DNA of 63,544 nt, counting the filler, from Nitrospinota bacterium (GTDB lineage Bacteria; JAUXIQ01), in assembly GCA_030620925.1 (NCBI GenBank). It is 8 parts of 8 records of this genome, joined end to end, with 100 filler letters (N's around TTAATTAATTAA, not from the genome) between each part and the next. Parts side by side here need not be neighbours in the genome. Positions count along the whole stretch, not along the records: positions 48,455 to 63,544 come from JAUXIQ010000011.1; 7 more parts are not named here. One strand, written 5' to 3'. Within the stretch, counting starts at the first letter, position 1. The number at the start of each line of letters is the position of its first letter. The translations under genes and the position numbers were made by a program. Shown here one piece after another: positions 56,840-63,544 of the stretch. The notes under the pieces were generated by a model, which worked only from the letters and a program-made list of their open reading frames with translations, had not been told where the DNA came from and did not search any database.

Positions 56840-58456
56840 TCAGCGCTGTTTTATATATACGTCCTTCAGGGACGTGAAATCACCCCCAGGATAGAGGCGG
56901 AACCCTTCGACTTCTTTCCGCATCACCACCACGTTGGTCTCATGCCACAGGCTCACGTAGGGGGCATCCTCCGCAATTATCTTCTGCACCCGGCCGTAGA
57001 CGGCTTTTCGTTGATCTAAATCGACCGCCCTGCGCCCCTTAACCAGGAGCTCGTCTATCTCTGCGTTAAGGTATCTTCCCCGGTTGGCTCCCTTGGGGGG
57101 CACATTGGAAGTATGGAAGATGTAGTAGTAGATATCCGGTTCCGTTATCCCCACCCAGGTCAGGGAATATATCTGGAAGTTCCCTTTCCTTATGTGAGAG
57201 AAAAAAGTTCCCCATTCGTATGATTGAATCTTCAGGTCCACCCCTATATCCTTCAGGTTCTGCTGGATAACTTCTGCGATCCTTCGGCGGAGCTGATTCT
57301 GGGAGGTCTTGTAGACCAGTTGGAACCTGGGCTTGGGCCCGTCCCCGTCGGGGTCCTTGAACCCCGCCCTGTCCAGCAGCTGTGCGGCATGGGCAGGGTC
57401 GTATGGGTAGCTCTGCACGTCGCCTTCGTAGGCCCAATGCTCGGGGGGGAGCAGCCCGGTAGCGGGGATGGCTGTGCCTTTCAGGATATTAATTATGATG
57501 CTTTCCCTTTTTATGGAGCTGGCTATGGCCTGTCTTACCATCCTGTGCCGCAGGATGGGGTCTTCCATGTTGAACCCCAGGTAAGAGTAGTTGGTGCTGG
57601 GGCCGGTGATTATTTTGAGGTGTTCGTTCTTCCTCAGTCGGGGAAGGATATCGGGTGAGAGACCGTTCTGAAGGAGATGCACCCCGCCCTTTTCAATTTC
57701 CAGTAAACGGATGGTCTCATCGGGAACTATTCTGAAGGCGATTCTCCTGAGCTTCGGTTTCCCGCCGTAATAGTCCTTAAAGGCCGTCAGCTCTATCTTC
57801 TCGTCCTGCTGCCAGCTATCGAAACGGAAAGGCCCGCTTCCCACCGGATTTAAGCGCAGTCTGTTTTCAGCGGTGTTGGCGATGTGCGCGGGCACTATCC
57901 CCTGGATCATGGAAACCATAAACGGGGCGTAAGATTCCTTGAGCTTGAATATGATCGTCAGGGGATCGGGGGCCTCTATTTTTTCAACGGCGAGATAACT
58001 TCCCCTTTTGGCGGAGCCCAGCTCGGGGTCCAATATGGATTCGAAGGTGTATTTGACGTCCCGGGAGGTGAGCTCTCTGCCGTCGTGAAAAAGCGCCCCC
58101 TTTTTCAGGTGGAAGATGTATGTGAGGGGGTCCGGGTTTTCCCATCCTTCCGCCAGGTCCGACACTATGTTGAGTTTCCGGTCGAATCGAACCAGCTTGC
58201 TGTATATGAGCTGGTTAACCCTCTCCGAAGCCGCATCCAGGGCCAATCTGGGGTCCAGGTTGGTGGGGCTGCTTTCCAGTGCGATGACCAGTCTGTCGTC
58301 GGTCCGGCTTTCAGAGCCACAGCCGGTCGCTCCCGCCAAGACGAAAAAGGATAGGATGAAGATAGCCGCTGCCCGGAAAAAAGAGCCTGGTTTTTCTTTA
58401 GAGACTTGCGGAAGGGCTATTACAGCGATCGATTTGAAGGGATTAATATTATACAA
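56840..58456 (-). CDS. ABC transporter substrate-binding lipoprotein, family 5 (peptide/nickel); start uncertain
   Basis: Lipobox-like GATGC, TNLDP, FHDGRELTSRDV.YTF, GSGPF, YLGFN, VRQAIA. Confidence 0.92.
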   Translation of the reverse strand: MYNINPFKSIAVIALPQVSKEKPGSFFRAAAIFILSFFVLAGATGCGSESRTDDRLVIALESSPTNLDPRLALDAASERVNQLIYSKLVRFDRKLNIVSDLAEGWENPDPLTYIFHLKKGALFHDGRELTSRDVKYTFESILDPELGSAKRGSYLAVEKIEAPDPLTIIFKLKESYAPFMVSMIQGIVPAHIANTAENRLRLNPVGSGPFRFDSWQQDEKIELTAFKDYYGGKPKLRRIAFRIVPDETIRLLEIEKGGVHLLQNGLSPDILPRLRKNEHLKIITGPSTNYSYLGFNMEDPILRHRMVRQAIASSIKRESIIINILKGTAIPATGLLPPEHWAYEGDVQSYPYDPAHAAQLLDRAGFKDPDGDGPKPRFQLVYKTSQNQLRRRIAEVIQQNLKDIGVDLKIQSYEWGTFFSHIRKGNFQIYSLTWVGITEPDIYYYIFHTSNVPPKGANRGRYLNAEIDELLVKGRRAVDLDQRKAVYGRVQKIIAEDAPYVSLWHETNVVVMRKEVEGFRLYPGGDFTSLKDVYIKQR

Positions 58457-58586
58457 AAAACGTATCCCACTATCCGCCCTTGTTCAGGAGAGCCGGGTGA
58501 AGGTATTATCGGGTTTCTGTCTGCGAATCCACCAGGTCAGCAGTTGGCGGCAAGGGTTCACACAACTATGTCGGCTGCTGAGATAA

Positions 58587-59942
58587 TCAACGCACCGCTA
58601 TCTGCACGATGACCATCATTCCCGGTTTCAGCTCGGTCCTGGGGTCGTCCACTTTTATCTTGACCGGTATCCTCTGGGTAACCTTGGTGAAGTTCCTGTT
58701 GGAGTTATCGGTGGGGAGGAGGGAAAATTCCGATGCCGCCGCCGCCCCGACATTGATAACATAGCCACTGAACACCCGGCCGGGGTAGGCATCGACCTTG
58801 ACGTCCACCCGCTGATTCAAGCGCACCTTTCGGATATATGTCTCCTCGATGTTGGCGCTCACCCAGATATCCTTGACGTCGTTGATGATGAGCAGGGGCT
58901 GGCCGGGCTGAACCCTTTCCCCCACATCGGCTATTTTCTTGCTCACAACACCGTTCAGTGGGGAGAAGATTTCAGTATCGCTCATGAGATTTTCTATATC
59001 GCGCAGGTGCGCCTTTTTCTGCTCTACCCTGGATTCCAGGACTTTGATGTTCTCTTTGCTGAGGGCCACGATGGTCTTCGCCGCTTCCGCCTTATCCAGG
59101 ATGGCCAGCGATCGCTTCAGCTCACCCCGGGCGGTTTTGACCGCTTCCTTTTTAACGTCTATCATGGCTTTCATCGTCTCAGTCAACTTGAGGTTGGCGG
59201 TGGCCACCTGTATCTTTTCCCTGGCTGACTGATTTCGGGCCTTCTCGACGTTCAGGCTCTCGTCCTTCCCATCCATTTGCTGTTTGGCGATGACTCCCTT
59301 CTCGTAGAGCTCCTTGTGCCTTTTGTATTCGGCTTTGGCCATATCCACCCTGGCAGTGCTCTCGTTCATGGCCGCCATCGATGCCTTCAGGCCGGCCTGG
59401 GCGCTGTTTATCTGTTCGGCCCTGGTCTTGATTTCCATCTCCAGGTCTTCCTGGGACTGTTTGAGTCGGCTCTGGGATACCTCCACAGAGGCGCGGGCCT
59501 GATCGAGGTCCGCCCTCACCTGCTCTTTCTGCAACGCATAGGAGAGCCTGGCTTTTTGCAGCTCGCTGATCGCCGCATTTAAGTCGGCCTTTGCTATCGC
59601 TACTTTCTCACGTATTTCAGCAGGGTCCAGCTTCACCAGCAGCTTGCCGGCTTTAACCTTGTGGCCTTCATCTACGGTTATCTTTTCAATCCTTCCGGGG
59701 ACTCTGGGGCTGATGGTAACCATAGTCCCCTTCACCCTGGCGTCATCGGTGGAGACGTGGGTTCTCCTGAACTGAATCCACTTAAAGCCGAAATAGCCTC
59801 CAACCAGAATAACCAGCACCAGCACCACCACCATGGCCGTTTTGTTCTTAGAGCCTGAAGGCGTGGGGCTGAGGTCCTCTTCTCCCCCCACCGGGGGTCC
59901 TGCGCTAAGGTTGCTCTCTTCGTTCAATTTACTCTCCTCCAT
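58587..59942 (-). CDS. HlyD/EmrA-family membrane fusion protein
   Basis: TM anchor, VSTDDARV, long coiled coil, WVSANIEET, FSLLP..NFTKVTQRIPVKI. Confidence 0.93.
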   Translation of the reverse strand: MEESKLNEESNLSAGPPVGGEEDLSPTPSGSKNKTAMVVVLVLVILVGGYFGFKWIQFRRTHVSTDDARVKGTMVTISPRVPGRIEKITVDEGHKVKAGKLLVKLDPAEIREKVAIAKADLNAAISELQKARLSYALQKEQVRADLDQARASVEVSQSRLKQSQEDLEMEIKTRAEQINSAQAGLKASMAAMNESTARVDMAKAEYKRHKELYEKGVIAKQQMDGKDESLNVEKARNQSAREKIQVATANLKLTETMKAMIDVKKEAVKTARGELKRSLAILDKAEAAKTIVALSKENIKVLESRVEQKKAHLRDIENLMSDTEIFSPLNGVVSKKIADVGERVQPGQPLLIINDVKDIWVSANIEETYIRKVRLNQRVDVKVDAYPGRVFSGYVINVGAAAASEFSLLPTDNSNRNFTKVTQRIPVKIKVDDPRTELKPGMMVIVQIAVR

Positions 59943-60405
59943 CAGGTCGAAACCGTTTAATCACGATCACGACCCGGTTATTCCGTTCGTAATGTCGTGA
60001 TAGGAGATATTTAATATTAAACTGCCCTGTTGTGCGGCCTCTACTTTCGCTGTCTTACGGTTGAAATCGTGCCGTTTGATGACCATCCTCTATTATTTAA
60101 ACGACCTCCCTATGTTTATAAATATTAATAAGCCAAGAGGTTTTATCTACTATACTAAATTATCTTAATCTTATTGTTAATGTCAAGCAAAGTTTTCTAG
60201 GAAATTTGTTGGATATTTATAGGGCGTTTTCTTAATATTATTAAAATCATAGGCAGGATTACATGGTGGGTATTCTAACCGCGCGGGAAAAACTTGTCAA
60301 CACACCTTTTGATTGTCGGTCATAAAGGTGTATCATCGGATTATTGAGCATGCAGGCGCGTGTTTCCCTTCGGGTCTCCAACCGACCGTAGACGCACTTT
60401 CTTGT

Positions 60406-61422
60406 CTACAGCGTCCTTCCGGCAAGCTTAATGTACGGCTCCAATTCCGCCATCAGTTTATGAAAGTTCTCAGGCTTCAACGACTGAGGTCCGTCCGAAA
60501 GCGCCTCCTGGGGGTTGGGGTGGACTTCCACCATCAGACCGTCTGCACCCGCTGCCACGGCAGCTTTGCAGAGGGGAATCACATATTTCCAGTTGCCGGT
60601 TGCGTGGCAGGGATCGACCACTACCGGCAGGTGGGTCTCCTGCTGCAGCACCGGGATGCTGCTTATGTCCAGGGTGTTGCGGGTGGCGGTCTCGAAGGTT
60701 CTTATGCCCCTCTCACAAAGGATCACCTGTTGATTACCTTCCGAGAGAATGTACTCGGCGCACATGAGCAGCTCCTCGATGGTGGTACTGAGCCCTCTCT
60801 TCAGAAACACCGGTTTCCCGACCGTGCCCAGTTTTTTAAGCAGGGGGAAGTTCTGAGTGTTCCTGGCCCCCACCTGAAGGATATCCACGTATTCGGCCAC
60901 CAGGTCTATATCCTCGGGGTTCATGATTTCCGTCTGCACGGGGATGTTCAGGGCTTCGCTTACTTTTTTAAGCAGTTTGAGTCCCCCTTCGCCCATGCCC
61001 TGGAAGCTGTAAGGGGAGGTCCTGGGTTTGAAGGCGCCTCCTCTCAGGACATGCGCTCCTCCCTCCTTGACGGCGGCCGCCGCCTGGAAGATTTGCTCCT
61101 CGCTTTCCACTGAGCAGGGTCCTGCCACCATAAACATGTGTTTTCCGCCTATTTCCACGTCCCCGACTTTGATCACCGTCTTCTCTTCCCTGGCTTGCAG
61201 GCTGGACAGTTTGTAGGGCTTGAGGATGGGGATGGTATTTTCCACCCCGGGCATGGAGATCAAGGATTCCAGTTGAGCCTTTTCGCGCTCGTCGCCCACT
61301 GCTCCGATGATTTTTTTCTCAACTCCGGTGATAAGGTGCGCTTTGTATCCCATTTCTTCTATTTTGCTCATGACCTCTGATACCTCTTCTTCTGTGGCGC
61401 CATTCTTCATGACTATTATCAT
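60406..61422 (-). CDS. aroF: 3-deoxy-7-phosphoheptulonate (DAHP) synthase, type I-beta with N-terminal regulatory domain
   Basis: [76 protein letters not shown] before ATG 61422. Confidence 0.95.
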   Translation of the reverse strand: MIIVMKNGATEEEVSEVMSKIEEMGYKAHLITGVEKKIIGAVGDEREKAQLESLISMPGVENTIPILKPYKLSSLQAREEKTVIKVGDVEIGGKHMFMVAGPCSVESEEQIFQAAAAVKEGGAHVLRGGAFKPRTSPYSFQGMGEGGLKLLKKVSEALNIPVQTEIMNPEDIDLVAEYVDILQVGARNTQNFPLLKKLGTVGKPVFLKRGLSTTIEELLMCAEYILSEGNQQVILCERGIRTFETATRNTLDISSIPVLQQETHLPVVVDPCHATGNWKYVIPLCKAAVAAGADGLMVEVHPNPQEALSDGPQSLKPENFHKLMAELEPYIKLAGRTL

Positions 61423-61460
61423 TGTTATTATTCCTCCTCCGGTTGACTTTGAACTACCTT

Positions 61461-61515
61461 GAAAATACAAAAGGCCATGGGTTTTATTTTGCTGCCCATG
61501 GCCTTTTGTATTTTC
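61461..61515 (-). terminator. Attenuator terminator in the DAHP synthase leader
   Basis: Perfect 21-bp inverted repeat GAAAATACAAAAGGCCATGGG / CCCATGGCCTTTTGTATTTTC, 13-nt loop, U-rich 3' arm. Confidence 0.88.
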
Positions 61516-61534
61516 TGCTTTATTTAGTTAACGG

Positions 61535-61630
61535 TCAGGTGAACACGCAAGGCGACGGGCTGCGGCTAAACCAGAAATAGCCCCAAAAAAATCGATAGCC
61601 GTTAAAAAAATACGCCTTACGATTACCCAT
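61535..61630 (-). CDS. Aromatic amino acid-rich leader peptide (31 aa); not in the ORF track
   Basis: MGNRKAYFFNGYRFFWGYFWFSRSPSPCVFT*; 11 of codons 7-21 are Tyr, Phe or Trp. Confidence 0.88.
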   Translation of the reverse strand: MGNRKAYFFNGYRFFWGYFWFSRSPSPCVFT

Positions 61631-61685
61631 TGCCTTTATGTTCCGCCTACCTTTGAGAAAAGTTGATATTTCTGTTACCTAATGA

Positions 61686-61714
61686 TTTATACATCCTTGC
61701 ATAAAACGTGTCAA
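61686..61714 (-). promoter_or_regulatory. Sigma-70 promoter of the leader-aroF transcript
   Basis: TTGACA-N17-TATAAA on the minus strand. Confidence 0.75.
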
Positions 61715-61786
61715 GAAAAAAAGGCCCCGAATACGTCCTTTCTGTTTGTGTTAATAATGCGTATATGATACCTATATTGATTTCGT

Positions 61787-62674
61787 ATGGAAGCTCAGAA
61801 CAAAAGGGAGTTTAAAAGCTATCTATTCATCGGCCTGATTCTCATCGGGTGGGGCGAGATTCTTGCAATCAGCCATTGGCAGCCCCTGGCGAGGTGGGCC
61901 TACCAGTTTTTCTGGTACGGCTACATACTCTTTCTGGATGCTGCCATTTACTATCGTAAAGGCCGCTCCTTGATGATCAATCGGCGGGCGGAGTTCGCGG
62001 CCGTGCTTCCGATATCCGCGGGCCTGTGGCTTTTATTCGAATGGTATAACCTCTACCTCGAAAACTGGCACTACGTGAACCTCCCTTCCCAATATTGGGT
62101 TTCGGTGACGGGTTCTCTGGTCGCCTTTGCCACCGTAGTCCCCGGGGTCTTCTTTACCTCTGAGCTTTTAGAGGATGTGCTCAGGCTGGACCGGTTGAAA
62201 GTCAAACCCAGAACCTTCTCGAGGAACGCGCTTGCAGCATCTGTCGTATTCGGAGCCCTGTGCGTCACGGTGCCCCTGTTTTTCCCCTCAGGTTACTCCA
62301 GCTATCTGTTCGGTTTCGTGTGGCTGGGTTTTTTCTTTTTATTCGACCCCATCAACTACTGGCTCAAGGGGGATTCCCTCCTCGGCGACCTGGCCCGGGG
62401 GGAGATCAGCAGGGCACTGGCCCTTCTAATTGGGGGTTCGGTGTGCGGTTTCCTGTGGGAGTTCTGGAATTACTGGGGATACACCAAATGGGTCTACGAT
62501 GTGCCTATCATGAACCATATAAAACTCTTTGAGATGCCCGTCCTGGGTTTCCTGGGTTTCCCCCCTTTCGCGCTGGAGCTTTTCGCAATGTACGCTTCCC
62601 TCAAGCTGCTTCACTCCTTCCTGAAGGGAACGAAAGCCCGAGGATACCGGAAAAAAATGGAGTTCTTCCCCTGA
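61787..62674 (+). CDS. Conserved-looking Trp-rich integral membrane protein
   Basis: About 8 TM segments with a duplicated motif (W..FEWYN...NWHY / LWEFWNYW..KWVY) and FEMPVLGFLGFPPFALE. Confidence 0.75.
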   Translation: MEAQNKREFKSYLFIGLILIGWGEILAISHWQPLARWAYQFFWYGYILFLDAAIYYRKGRSLMINRRAEFAAVLPISAGLWLLFEWYNLYLENWHYVNLPSQYWVSVTGSLVAFATVVPGVFFTSELLEDVLRLDRLKVKPRTFSRNALAASVVFGALCVTVPLFFPSGYSSYLFGFVWLGFFFLFDPINYWLKGDSLLGDLARGEISRALALLIGGSVCGFLWEFWNYWGYTKWVYDVPIMNHIKLFEMPVLGFLGFPPFALELFAMYASLKLLHSFLKGTKARGYRKKMEFFP

Positions 62675-62870
62675 AATTCCAAGCCCGCCTGCCGACTCGC
62701 CGACCGGGCTTCTCAAATTGAGACCGGATCTTCGACACCATTCGCGTCCCCCTAGCATGCATAATGAACATTGCCATACCCATCCATTTCTGGTATAAAA
62801 AGCCTTGATTATGGAAAAAATATCCTCTTCCATAGATAATGTGTGGAAATAAATATACAGGGGGACTGCT

Positions 62871-63544
62871 ATGTATTTCGATTTTACTCCTGAACAGAAT
62901 GCTTTCCGGCAGGAAATGAGGGAGTTCGCCCAATCGGCTATTACCCCCGAGGTTATCGAGGAGCTCCAGCAACAGGGAGAAGTTCTCAACGCCCATTCGC
63001 CGACTATCTACAAGCAGCTGGCGCAGCGGGGATGGCTCGGTCTGCAGTGGCCCAAAGAATACGGCGGCGGCGGGGCCAGTTTTATGGAGATGGCCGTTTT
63101 CATGGAAGAGATGGGCTATGCGGGCATACCCATGGGTGCCTATCAGTTGACGGTGAACCAGGTAGGGAACACGTTGCAGGCCATCGGCACCGAGGAGCAG
63201 AAAAAGGAGTACCTGCCAAGAATTATTAATGGTGAAATACTCTTCTGCGTGGGTTTCACTGAACCCAACGCGGGGAGTGATTTAGCCGCCCTGGAGTGCA
63301 GGGCAGAAGAGGATGGAGATGAATTTGTAATAAACGGCCAGAAGATATTTACTTCCAACGCCCACATAGCCGATTACATTATCCTGGCGACCCGCACCGA
63401 CCAGAACGTCCCCAAACACAAGGGCATTACCATGTTCATCGTGCCCATGGACTCGGAGGGGATTTCAGTCCGGCCCATATGGACATTGGGCGGAGGCAGG
63501 GTAAACGAGACCTTTTTCGAGGGCGTGCGCGTTTCCAGGGAAGC
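62871..63544 (+). CDS. Acyl-CoA dehydrogenase (FadE26/FadE29-like), truncated by window end; not in the ORF track
   Basis: MYFDFTPEQNAFRQEMREF...GWLGLQWPKEYGG...GTEEQKKEYLP.I..GE..FCVGFTEPNAGSDLA..INGQKIFTSNAH..PKHKGIT. Confidence 0.92.
   Translation, partial: MYFDFTPEQNAFRQEMREFAQSAITPEVIEELQQQGEVLNAHSPTIYKQLAQRGWLGLQWPKEYGGGGASFMEMAVFMEEMGYAGIPMGAYQLTVNQVGNTLQAIGTEEQKKEYLPRIINGEILFCVGFTEPNAGSDLAALECRAEEDGDEFVINGQKIFTSNAHIADYIILATRTDQNVPKHKGITMFIVPMDSEGISVRPIWTLGGGRVNETFFEGVRVSRE

Noticed and set aside
59943-60405. AT-rich spacer with TTAATATTAA-type palindromes and a 39-codon minus-strand ORF before the EmrA-like gene
   Set aside because: Such palindromes arise easily in AT-rich promoter DNA and the ORF has no recognisable features.

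Overview
A 63.5-kb slice of a draft bacterial genome, probably metagenome-assembled, with GC-rich coding regions. It consists of 8 unordered contigs joined by artificial 100-nt linkers (44 N + TTAATTAATTAA + 44 N), so adjacency is meaningful only within a contig. Gene content suggests an anaerobic or facultative organotroph of the deltaproteobacterial/Nitrospinota-like kind; this is inference, as no rRNA is present. Housekeeping genes include mfd, a SurA/PrsA-like PPIase, pyrR, ilvA, a CCA-type nucleotidyltransferase, a polyprenyl synthase, purD, DAHP synthase, tRNA-Gly and tRNA-Cys. There is a Na+-pumping decarboxylase plus methylmalonyl-CoA mutase, an ECF sigma/anti-sigma locus, and many CoA-dependent catabolic and redox genes. 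Best leads: (1) an unannotated Tyr/Phe/Trp-rich leader peptide with promoter, antiterminator and terminator upstream of DAHP synthase; (2) a MoxR/RavA ATPase fused to a VWA domain through an A10 run with stops in both shifted frames, a candidate one-gene-two-subunits recoding site; (3) three tandem QueG/reductive-dehalogenase-like B12/FeS paralogues behind a Cys-rich FeS protein; (4) a non-canonical SdhA-like flavoprotein + stand-alone 2Fe-2S + M24 hydrolase operon; (5) a ParB-N plus non-canonical spore-photoproduct-lyase-like radical SAM pair; (6) a repeated ECF promoter motif. All family calls come from reading motifs by eye, not from database searches.
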